The notes beneath the pieces were generated by a model, which had not been told where the DNA came from, searched no databases, and was given only the letters and a program-made list of their open reading frames with translations. Position numbers and translations under genes: made by a program. This document shows positions 53,261 to 64,000 of a stretch of DNA of 64,000 bases, in pieces. Each line of letters starts with the position of its first letter. Position 1 is the first letter of the stretch. Origin of the DNA: Paraspadella gotoi. Lineage: Eukaryota > Animalia > Chaetognatha. The stretch lies in contig CM119268.1 in assembly GCA_051294375.1 (NCBI GenBank), positions 5,316,496-5,380,495 of the forward strand. Reading direction: 5' to 3'.

Positions 53261-54018
53261 GCCGATTTGAAAGCAGATGGAAATCTGATGTTGATGTTAA
53301 TTCTGAAAAAAAATATTTTTTTTTTACTTAATAGGGGAATAAAGAATCAAAACTTTTTTTTTTCGAGTTATAGAACTAAAATGTCAATAACTAGTAATTT
53401 TTACTGGTGTACGATTCAATTTATCCGAATTAATTGAAAAAACGTCTCTGGACTGAAATACGAAACACGTAGCACTTAATCATTAGTCATTCCTTAGTAT
53501 CTCCTTGATAGTGTACGGTGTTTTTTTATTTAATTTTCTAATCTTTTTTGTTACACACGGTAATGTGAAACTTTCTTCTTTTTTTTTTGCTTTAAGTGGT
53601 AATCACTTGATTTGTAACACCTTCGATGGGGAACCTATTTTTGTTTTTCTGTGAAATTTTTTCCTAGTACGCTCTTATGGGGTTTGCAGCTACTCTTAGC
53701 GCATCCTTTGTACTGTCCTCTTAACTAATATGCCGGTATTTCATAATTTTTATTCTCTCAACACTGATAAATAATACCCGAAAAAAACGTTTTATAACTA
53801 TAATCTTCAATTCTTCTTCTAGTCATTTCGGTGTTCCACTTTTGTCTTAACAACGTAATGTTTAATCTCGGTGTATTGTGATTAAAACCATTCTTTATCT
53901 CCAGGACTAGTTGACCCTTTTAGTAAAAAAATTCGATTCCTTGTTTAAAACAAACAAAACTTGACGGTCAATGTGAACTTGCGAAGTGAATTTACCTCGT
54001 GAAGGGAAGACGTAAACC

Positions 54019-54085
54019 ATGAGCGAGGATCTCGGTAAGTTTTGCCCATTCCCTCGCCTCCTGGAAATCATTGTAAAAGCTTAAT

Positions 54086-54134
<49 letters not shown>

Positions 54135-57100
54135 GGAAAAAAGGGAAGTTTCGTCTTCGGTCAAAACATGGCGGAACGCGTGGCGAAGAAAGATCCTGAG
54201 CCGATCGGCGAGACGCCCGTCCTCAGCCCGGTCAAGGCGCCCAAGTCAGGCGCCGGTACCCTCTCCTCTCCCAGCCCTCTCTTGAGGAAGATGGGGGCGA
54301 AAAAGGGGGACGGTGACTCGACCAGCGAATCTCGGGGTAAGTAATCGATAGATGTGGGAACCTTACCTCGTCCCTTACTCGTTCTTTACCCCTTTACAGG
54401 CGACGACGCCGTCGACGTTGCCGACGATGGGGACAACACGACACAGATGTCGTCCGAAGAGATATTCGGTCATTCTATCCCGAAGCCCTCGCCGGAGATG
54501 GCAGTGCCGTCTCGGTCTCTGGGCCTTTCCGGCGCCGTGCCTTCCCGACCATTCGGCGGTGCTGGTGAGATACGAGGAGGGATTCGGTGTGAACCGTGAA
54601 GAAGAAACTGGTGAACTTGAAAGATTAAGGTGAACCTCACTCGTTTTCTCGTCCAACTTAACAGGAGTTTTAACTCCACCCGTCACTAACCCTTTCGCGT
54701 CCTCGTCGGCGCCCTCACGGGTCCCCCACTCCGCCGCTGCTGCAGCCGCCGCCGCAGCCGCCCCAGGCGTCGTCTCTTCCACAACGAACAGCGATAACGG
54801 CGACAAGAACGAAGGCTTTCCCGACTCTAGCACCGACATCGTCAAGTGAGTAGTGATCATTGATGGTGGGTAGCCTTGGCTCGAGGGAGCTAGGTCTCAT
54901 TTATGAAATTAATACAACCGATATAACAAGAACGGTCCTTCCTATGTGTTTCGCCGCAGTAACTTTCATTTCGTGTATTTCCGAGTGATCACGTGACAAG
55001 ATATGTGTGACAAACATTCAATGGTTAATGTAATCACGTGACCGTAGTTCTGCATGGTCACGCGACTACTCAATAGGAAACATATGAACAAGGGATACCT
55101 TACTAGTCTGCCAGGTATTAATAAAAAAAGTATGATACTTATGAACGTTAAATGTCTTTTGGTACCTTCCCACTAAATAGTATTTGATATATTACCCGAG
55201 TTATGAGACATTTTAAGTGGGGCCAGACCGACGGACAGACAAAAATACAGACCAATCGATCGAAAAGTGTATGGTGGACTAAAATCCACCAACCGTTCAT
55301 CAGTGGCCATTGGTGCTGGAGGCAAGTCATTCGCCTCCTAACCCAAAGGTCCGGGGTTCTAGCCCGGTGGCCGCCTCGCAGTTAAGAGGGACGGGGCGCT
55401 TAACCCGCCTGTAACACGGTGTTACAGCCTGATCCGAAGCTCAGGGACTGCTTATATTGAATGGTTCTGTCACTAACACATAACAATAATTACTGTCTCT
55501 TCATACAATTGAAACATTCTTTGAAATATTTTCCACTTCATTGATAGGGAAGCCAGGTACTCTGGGAGTGAATAAACGAGACTGTGAAAGAGTCTTGATT
55601 GAAAACTTGCAGGGACCTGCTATGTCATTATCTTGTAAGAGTGATGGAGGCCTTAAACCACCAAAGCCTGTCCAAAGTCAGGGGCAAGATAGCTTATTTA
55701 TTAAATGAATGGATAATTTTTATATTGGTTGTACCAATTTCATAAAATTCAGCTCCTTGTATTTTGATGCTAGTGTGGAGTACAATAAGTATTCCCCGAT
55801 CTAATACTTAAAGGAGTGGTCTTTTCATACAATTGAAACATTCTTTGAAATATTTTCCACTTCATTGATAGGGAAGCCAGGTACTCTGGGAGTGAATAAA
55901 CGAGACTGTGAAAGAGTCTTGATTGAAAACTTGCAGGGACCTGCTATGTCATTATCTTGTAAGAGTGATGGAGGCCTTAAACCACCAAAGCCTGTCCAAA
56001 GTCAGGGGCAAGATAGCTTATTTATTAAAATGAATGGATAATTTTTATATTGGTTGTACCAATTACATAACAATAATTACTGTCTCTTCAAGTGATTTAT
56101 TGAGTTGCACCGCGAGTACTCTCGGCGCAACAAAAAATATCAATTAATCTAATAAATAAGCTATCTTGCCCCCAACTGGCTATGGTGGGTTAAGGCATAA
56201 CATAGCATAGCATAACATAGCAGGGACCTGTAAACTTGGAGATTCGTTCAGCCCTTTGTTGAGTCTTTGTGATGTTTTTATTTCAGTTGATAATTTATAT
56301 TCCTTTTCTGTGCAGACCCGTGCTGCAGCCACCGACTCTCCAAATTAATGCCGCCGCTTCGGACAAGACTGCGAAATCGACAAACGAGAAGCAGAGTAAG
56401 TTTTTTCTTCTTTCGATTTGATTCCTCCATTTTTCTTTTTGTTTTGTTAGCGTTTTCTTTTTTCCGCGGCCAGGCGACCATGCGTCCTCCCGGAAACCGG
56501 CGTTGGCGCCTTCGAAGCTGAGCGCCGCTGCCGGCCGCTCTTCTCCCCTTTCCTCCACCTCCAGGGGGACCAAAGCCTCAGGAGCCGCCTCAGCCGCCGC
56601 CTCCACCGCGGCTTCTTTCTCTTCCGTCCCGAATTCCGGTTCCAACCAGAAACCCTCGCTGCTGCGTCCTTCAGCCCTCGACGCTCACACTGGTGACGTT
56701 TTTTTCCCGCCAAACTAGAATCGAATCTTGTTCGTGATTTCTCAGTTTTAATTATAATTTTTTAACTTTTTTTTTTTTTAAAGCCAATTGGAAAACTTCC
56801 GCGAATGCAAAAAAATCCGGTAATTATTGTTATTTTTTGTTTTAATGAGTATATTATTTTGTGCAATCATTCACTGTGTTCAAATTCAGTGGCGAAAAAA
56901 ATGACTAATGAGTAATGACTAATGACTATTCTATTGAAGAGACAGTAATTATTGTTATGTGTTAGTGACAGAACCGTTCAATATAAGCAGTCCCTGAGCT
57001 TCGGATCAGGCTGTAACACCGTGTTACAGGCGGGTTAAGCACCCCGTCCCTCTAAACTGCTAGGCGACCTCCGGGCTAGAACTCCGGACCTTTGGGTTGG

Positions 57101-59599
57101 GAGGCAAATGACTTGCCTCCGGCACCAATGGCCGCTGATAAACGGTGGATTTTAGTCCACCATACATCCCCCCTCCCGTAGGGAGAAGTCTGTTGCGTCT
57201 CTTCAGTGAATTGTTGTTGGTGGAAAGTTCGTCACCAAGTTGAGGCATGTCGCCTGATGTGTTGATGGCGGAAAGTGCATCGCCAGGTTGAGGCATGTCG
57301 CCTGAAAGTGTTGTTGTTGCTGTTGTGTTCGGAAGTCGGGCTCACCAATGAAGAGACAGTAATTATTGTTGTGTTAGTGACAGAACCTTTCAATATAAGC
57401 AGTCCCTGAGCTTCGGATCAGGCTGTAACACTGTGTTACAGGCGAGTTAAGCGCCCCGTCCCTCTGAACTGCTAGGCGACCACCGAACTAGAACCCCGGA
57501 CCTTTGGGTTGGGAGGCGAATGACTTGCCTCCGGCACCAATGGCCGCTGATGAACGGTTGGTGGATTTTAGTCCACCATACTATATACTTGAATTTTTAT
57601 TCGATTTCTAATTAAAATTGAAATTTAGATTTTCATCTTAATTAGATACATTCATTCAATTCCAATTTGATTCTATCTTGAATCTTGATTAATCTCCAGG
57701 CGCCGCAACTTCTAACACATTCACCCTCGAACCAGCGATTTTCGGGGCTTCTACTTCTTTGCCGACTTTGGGCAAAATCGAGAATTCCTCCGTCGACAAT
57801 TCCTTCGACAAAGCCAACGGGGATTCCAATCATCCAGTCGTTGAAGGTCTGTCCAATGTTCGCATGAAGTCTTTGTATTATCTAATATCTATCATTATTT
57901 ATCATTGTCGCATTATTTATCTTTTGTGTAAAATTCAACCGTCTTACGTTAGCCTGGAATTGTGCAGAAAGCGGGCCGTTTTAGGATGACGACTGTATCA
58001 AAACAAGATTAAATACACTAAATATACTGAATCATTACTCACAATAATTCCCCCGCCCCTCTTTGCGTCAGACAAAACTCCGAACATATTCGCGGCCATC
58101 TTGAAACAACAATCAGAGGCGAAGACGGCGACGACGATCGCCACCTCTGGGACGACGATCGCCGCCGTTGGTACGACGATCGCCGCTGCTCAGACTTCCT
58201 CCTCCTCCTTCATCTTCGGACAAAATCTCCAGTCGCGCGTCGTTTCAGGAAACGAGAATCAGGTGAGCAAATTTTGTTGTCGAGGACCCGCAATGATTTA
58301 ATCGTTTAAGTCAGTATAAACGTTGAGACGGAAAGTTAGTTAACATTACTCCATTTTCGATGTCATCCCTAAAAGCGTAACAACGGCGGCGACGAATCCA
58401 GCGGCGGCTTCGGCCGCGTCGTCGCAGCAGATGACGCGGCGGCGTCGGCAGGCGACATTCTCGCCGGCGCCGGATCCACGTCCAGTTTAAACAACGCCGG
58501 CTCTAGCGGCGACGGCGCGTCTGGACGCTCGGCGTCACCCGCCAGCGTCAACTCCAAGACTCTGACTCAGGCTGCGGCCGAAGTTCACGCCAAACAGTCG
58601 GGCGTCAAGATCTCTGAACCTTACGTCGACGTGAAGACGGGAGAAGAGGACGAGTCCAACGTCTTACAGGTCTTGCAAAAGAGTTTTAGTCAATGTTAGG
58701 AGCCGTCTGTGATGAAAACGAATGATGAAAGATACCGAGGAATCGCAACCTTGAAAAATACTGAAAGGGACCGTGAACGTTAAATGGGATTTGGGCATCG
58801 ATGGTTAAAATTACCTATGTAACTGCGTACGTATGTAATTTCGTGCTGTTTGTAAATCTGACTGTCTTATGAGTTATGACGAAAAATTAAATATTTTATG
58901 AAATATTTCCTTTGATGATAGTAAATGTGTTATACAATATACTGTTAATGTTGCGTTTAAACGATTTTTTGAAATATTAAATTAAACCCCTAACCTTTTC
59001 TCGTCGACTCCTCAGATCACCTGTAAACTCTTCCTCTTCTCTTCCTCGAGTTCCTCGTGGATCGAGAGGGGGCGTGGTTTCTTGAGGCTCAACGACATGC
59101 CTCAGGCCGAAGGCGATTTCAAGTCTCGATTGGGTGAGACTTTTCTTATTCTATTCTATCGCTCGATAAAACCTTGAGAGCAAAAAAACGTTGGCTGGAG
59201 CCACAAATATATGCGTTATTAGGGCATTAAAATAATTAAATTATTAATAATTGAACTGCTAGTTTCACCACTTACAAACATAATCATTTGCCAGTCTTGA
59301 ATAACAAAATAAAAGAAAAATTTATCAGTAATTTATGAAAATACGACATGATGCATTTTTTTGAAATTATCCAAATCCCTCCCCGTTTCTTGTCAGTCAT
59401 GCGCGCGCAGGGATCCCTTCGTCTCATCTTGAACACGCAGTTATGGTCGGGAATGACGGTCGTGCGTGCGAATTCCAAATCCGTGCGTGTAACATGTCTC
59501 GACGAAGAGGGAAAGCCCATGATTTACCTCATTCAGGTCAGAGAGAAACAAGAGTTGTCGCTTTTATGTTATCTTAAAACCCATCTACGCCGGCTCATA

Positions 59600-59636
<37 letters not shown>

Positions 59637-61223
59637 ACCCGATCGGGCAGGCCAACTTGAAGGACGCGGAAGCCCTCATGCGGGCGATGGAATATCGCAT
59701 CCAGCAGCGCCGCCGATGCGACGAACTCCTGCAGCGCCGGAGAGCGGCGCCCGCGTCCGGCGGATCGCGCGACGACGACGAAGACGACGACGCCCCGCGG
59801 TCCAAGAAGCGCGTCCACTCGTCCTCGGCGAGGGAGAGTCCTCAGTCATCCTCCCTCGCCGACGACGACGACAATTGGGACGACGAGGTCACGTCGACGT
59901 CGAAATGCTCGCCCAAGGACGGGAAGATGGAGTCGACTCCCGAGAAGAAGGTGAGAAAGATGATGTGGACGGTAGGGGGGAGGTATTTCGACGTTCGTCA
60001 TTGGAACTCTAATCGTTTAAATTTCTGTGAATTTTGAAGAGACAGAATACAGTTGTCGCTAGTAAGTAAGTCTCAAAGCTGGATAAGAGGGGGGGGCAAG
60101 CGCCCTATCTTTCCTAACTGCTTGGCGGCCACCGGGATAGAACTTCGTACGGACCTTTTACCGCTCTGAACGGTGAAAACAGAGAATTTATGTTATAAAA
60201 AAAATCATGCTTACGGAGTATTTGTTATTGTATATAAGTAGTAGCAGTAGTAGTAGTAGTTGTACTAGTAGCATTTTCCAAGAACGCAGAAGGTCATCTG
60301 ATAATATCTTCAAACCTCAGTTGACGCGAAGAAGTTTGGATTCTGTCCGAGAGGAGAACGATTCTAGCTCGAGCGACTTATCTCCGGGCAGCGCGAACAA
60401 AAGCCCCGCCTCGGAATCAACCAAGCCGCTTCCGCCCAAACGTCGAAGGTTAATAGAGACGATAGAGGTCATTTTTTATTTCGTCGTTGTGGAAAGGATA
60501 AAGATAAAGACAAAAGTTTTATCATAAATTTGGTTCAACCAATATAAAAATGATCCATTTATTCAATAAATAACCTCGCTGACTTTGGCTAGAGTGGTTT
60601 AAGGCCTCCATCCCTCTTTCAAGATAATTACAAAGCAAGGCCTTGCAAGCTTTCAATAATTCTCTCTTTTCTCTTCTGGACATTACAGGTCGGAGCTTCC
60701 CGTCTGCAATAAACGATTGGAGCACCAGATGCCGACTGAAGCCTCCCACGGTTCTTTACCTTGTTCGAGTGGGTCTCACGCCTCCCACGTTCACAGGTCG
60801 AGAAAAGCGGAAAAGTTTTGATTTTCTGTCTCGTGACCCTTCCATGAGATGACGAATGTCAAGTGTACATAATTCTAAAAAATCGTATTTGTCAATACGT
60901 CGCAACACGTTAAAATTACGTTTTTCATGTTCTTCATCTTAGATCTCCCGATTCGGAGGCAGCGGGTTTATCCACTAGCGTCGCTTCGTCGGGAGTCGGT
61001 GGACGAAATAGTTCGGCCTCGACGTCGGATTCGCATCACGAGTCGGGCACCTCAACCCCACCCGATCCAGAGACGGAAGGTGGGGTACCTCAGCCACGAT
61101 GGGCACCGTTGTTTCATTTAGCTTTTAGATTATTTTAAGTTAAAATTTAACTTTGACTTTTTTTTTTCAGCGTCGAACGAGAGCTACACCTCTTCGATAA
61201 CGACTCATTCACTGTCGGAATAA
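54019..61223 (+). CDS. RANBP3: Ran-binding protein 3, spliced
   Basis: Exons ~54019-54034, 54136-54336, 54400-54564, 54665-54845, 56316-56395, 56474-56692, 57700-57846, 58072-58262, 58376-58669, 59016-59133, 59397-59536, 59651-59950, 60321-60448, 60943-61079, 61171-61223, phase-compatible. FVFGQNMAERV and FIFGQNLQSRV motifs. RanBD VKTGEEDESNVLQITCKLF..WIERGRGFLRLND..SRLVMRAQGSLRLILNT. The last three exons are less certain. Confidence 0.9.
55270..55503 (+). mobile_element. Solo LTR of the tRNA-containing TRIM (3' tip duplicated at 56065-56090)
   Basis: TATGGTGGACTAAAATCCACC...CTGTCTCTTCA. tRNA-like segment 55303-55375. TSD AGTG at 55266-55269 and 56091-56094. Confidence 0.88.
55504..56064 (+). 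repeat. Dispersed repeat family B, partial tandem dimer (period 324 bp)
   Basis: 55500-55739 is nearly identical to 55824-56064. The core GCCTGTCCAAAGTCAGGGGCAAGATAGCTTATTTATT..TATATTGGTTGTACC also occurs at ~5715-5800(+), 24714-24805(+), 52255-52335(-), 56150-56240(-) and 60526-60660(-). Confidence 0.85.
56935..57580 (-). mobile_element. Complete TRIM (miniature LTR retrotransposon) with tRNA-derived sequence in its LTRs
   Basis: LTRs 57349-57580 (5') and 56935-57164 (3'). PBS TGGTGAGCCCGAC (57335-57347, minus) lies 1 nt after the 5' LTR. PPT GGGAGGGGGGA (57167-57177, minus) lies 2 nt before the 3' LTR. 184-bp non-coding interior. TSD CTAT at 56931-56934 and 57581-57584. Confidence 0.92.
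60035..60197 (-). mobile_element. Divergent, internally deleted LTR related to the TRIM
   Basis: Shares the TGAAGAGACAG terminus, AACTGCTTGGCGGCCACCGGGATAGAAC (B-box side) and CGGACCTTT. The intervening sequence is different. No clear TSD. Confidence 0.6.
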
Positions 61224-62128
61224 AACTTGGGACGAATAGATATTAATCTTTCTTTCTTACAAGAAACTGTTACCTATTTTCCTTTTTTTTTAAATTTTTT
61301 TTTAAATGCTCCAGTTCTTTTTTTTCTTTTTTTTTTTAGTCATCTGCCCTGTTCGGTTTTAAAATCGCCGAAGGGGATTCGCCGTCTGGCAGAAGACGAT
61401 TACTTTCCTGTTGCCCAAATCTTCAATTTCCCGCTCTTGACTCTCTGCCATCTAGTAGATGGCTATGTTTTTGGTGCCATGAACAAGAATAAAATATCTT
61501 AAAATATTTCTTTTGTTTTTTTTTAGTCTTGACGTATTGGCCTACTCGCTCATTTAAAAGTTTTGAGCTTTTCTTTTTTTTATTCGATAACTATAAAAAC
61601 AATGTCAACTATAAAAACATAATTTATCTTATTATCCTTTTTAAATTTAAACAAATTTGCATATTGCCGTTTTTTGTATTAAACTCGGCAAAACTGACGC
61701 GATCGACATGGCGATCAAATCATTCACCATCAACTCCCATCGTCGCTTTCGTCGACGAGAATCAATCGCAATCGAGTCGAATTTTCGCGGAGAAAAATTG
61801 TAAAGAAGTTGTTTACGTCGAACGATCGCCAGCCTCATTTTCGATCTGGGAGGAGGCGTTCGAAGATGAATTTTTAAAAGTGGAGAAACAGGGAACGGGG
61901 GGACGTTTGCTGCTTAAGCAAGCCAGCAATTTATTAATGCTCCAACGTTCGATATTATTATACATATTAAAATCGCGATGTTTTTTTGTTTTTGATTGCT
62001 TTTACCGCCCCGCGAATTATTTCTGCCCGTATTGAGAAATATGGTCCCTAATTTTTTCATCGCACACAATTTTCTTTTGCCAATAAAAAAATAAACAAAC
62101 TTCAGTTTCAAAAAAAAAAAAATCCCGG

Positions 62129-63608
62129 ATGGAGTCCCCGACGACTCTTCCCGTCGTCACTCCAGTAGGCAACGGCCCTCCCTCCTCCTCTCCTCCCCTC
62201 TCTCCCCCTACCCCCTCCGACCTCTCCCTCTGTCACTCCCTCTTCAAATGGGTCCAGACTTTCGAACTCTCCGTCCCGACTCCGCGATCCGTGGCCGACC
62301 TCTCGGACGGCGTCATCGTCGCCCACTGCCTGGCTCTCGTCGACCCGGACTTCTTCGACGCTGATTGGTTGTCGCGTCTCAAGACCGAAGTCCCCGCAGC
62401 CAATTGGCGTCTCAAACTCTCCAACCTAAAGAAGGTTCTCAAGGGGATGCTGGACTTTTACGCGGATGTGCTCGGCCAGCACATTCGGGATTTTCACACC
62501 CCCGATTTGGCCGCAATCGCCGAACGGGCCGACCCCGTGGAGACGGGCCGCCTGCTGCAGCTGGTCCTGGGCTGCGCCGTTAATTGCGACAAGAAGCAGC
62601 GCTACATCGAAGAGATCATGGGGATGGAGGAAGCAGTGCAGCATGTAGTCATGAACGCCATTCAGGTCGGCGATAGCAGAGGGCGAGAGAAGGGGAGTTT
62701 GTGTAATATGAATGTTGGAAAGAATTTCAATGAACACCTAAGAGGGAGAGATATAAAGGGAGAGAAGGATGGATAATGCCGGATACGACTCAAAATATTT
62801 GTTATGTTTGCTTAAATTTTAATTAAACAATCGCTTAAAAGCCCAATTTCTCTTCTTGTTTATGAAAATTTAAATCTCCTTTTAAATATAACTTAATGAT
62901 GATTAACATGGCGAATATCTTTTTCTATTAGGAGCTAATGAACAAAGAGACTCCGCTGAGCTCAGACGGAGAGGCTCTTCACGCCGTCACTGATCAACTG
63001 AAGAAGACGGTGGATGACCTGAACCAAGCCATGTCCGCCAAGGAGGAGCTCTTGCAGCGCTGTCACGAGCTTGACTTTCAGGTAGGCTTAGGGAGTAGTA
63101 ATAATTGTAACAACGGAGATTCAAAAAAATTGGGGATATGTTGATATGATTTGCCGACGCCAACTCTGTTATAATTAAGGAACTTTTAATGACATTTGCT
63201 TTAATTTCTGTTTTTAAATCGAGTATAAATCTGTATTTGTTTTAATTAAAAAAAAAAACAATTTGTTATCGCTATCTTCATCTCTTTTTCCTTCCTCCCG
63301 AAAAAAAACAAACATCAAAGGTGGCGTCCCTTCAAGAGGAAAACCTCCATCTCAAATCGGAACAGAGCAAATGGAATCGACGAAGCCTCGGCGACGCGGA
63401 CGAGATCGAAGATCCTTCCACTCCCGTCGGCCGCAAGTTTCTGCAGCTGCAGCAGCAGATCGAGACTCTGCAGGAATCCCTGGAGATTCTGGAGTCGCAG
63501 AAAGAGGATCTCCTAATCAAGGCCGACGTCCACTCGAGGGAGATGCAGGAGGTGCAATCGAGGAACGAGGAACTCGTGGGGGCTGTGGAGGAGAGCGCCG
63601 CTTTGAAG
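62129..63608 (+). CDS. HOOK: Protein Hook homolog (dynein adaptor), 5' partial, continues beyond the window
   Basis: Exons 62129-62665, 62932-63081, 63321-63608. Hook domain LCHSLFKWVQTF..DLSDGV..NWRLKLSNLKKVL..GRLLQLVLGCAVNC..IMGMEEAVQHVVMNAIQEL, then QRCHELD.QV..LQEE coiled coil. Confidence 0.95.
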
Positions 63609-64000
63609 GTGAGGTGTGGCCGCGGGGGCGGGATGGGGTGAGGAAGTGAACCTGAAAAAGAGTAAAATGTTTTTTGTGGCGTCGCGTTGTAGATTTAGGG
63701 ATAAAGGGGCGGTGAGATAAGTTATTTGAGTGGAATCTTTGGGCGAATCTGTCCAATCTTATCCTTACTTATCCTCAATCAAGTAACTTTCATCAGTCCA
63801 ATCCTTTTTAATTATAAATCTACTGATCACTTTTCCTCAATTCAATAACTTCTTGTCAATTCCAAATTCATTCGTCCATTCTTTTATCATCAATCATTTT
63901 CATCCATCCATTCTCTTCTTTTCATTAGTCTATCCATTTCTATTATTCCAATTCGTTATTGGAGTCGCCGCAATTCAGCCTTTAATTCTCTTCTTATCAT

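Noticed and set aside
54935-55100. TCACGTGA (CLEAR/E-box) cluster regulating the V-ATPase gene
   Set aside because: Lies downstream inside a RanBP3 intron and within an imperfect inverted repeat that looks like a MITE remnant; no support for a regulatory role.
55303-55375. Functional tRNA-Gly(CCC) gene
   Set aside because: The anticodon and T stems pair poorly, there is no oligo-T terminator, and the unit is always embedded in the same 230-bp LTR.
56935-57580. Two adjacent tRNA-SINE copies
   Set aside because: The PBS and PPT abut the repeats at LTR-typical spacing, one 4-bp TSD encloses both, sequence extends 5' of the tRNA part, and there is no tail.

Overview
Eukaryotic (invertebrate animal-type) genomic DNA with CpG-rich exons, AT-rich introns, many (CT/GA)n microsatellites, one N gap and locally indel-noisy sequence. 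It holds nine consecutive protein-coding genes, all on the + strand with only 0.4-1.4 kb between stop and next start: TMEM121-family, intronless Sec16, PPP4R4, MED24, an 8-finger C2H2 protein, argininosuccinate lyase, V-ATPase subunit a, RanBP3 and the 5' part of Hook. The most unusual content is intronic. (1) A miniature LTR retrotransposon (TRIM) whose 230-bp LTRs contain a tRNA-derived Pol III promoter, with a tRNA-Trp-like PBS, a PPT, TA...CA termini and 4-bp TSDs, present as one full copy plus solo LTRs. (2) A gag-only split-direct-repeat element of the tyrosine-recombinase (Ngaro/PAT-like) type in the ASL intron, with a long-TIR DNA element inserted exactly at its palindromic internal junction. 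(3) A 2.5-kb foldback in a MED24 intron. (4) Repeated frame-preserving tandem duplications of splice acceptors. The co-oriented packing and apparently unpaired acceptors close to poly(A) signals raise the hypothesis of an operon-like, trans-spliced cluster. All exon models were built by eye; no database searches were run.
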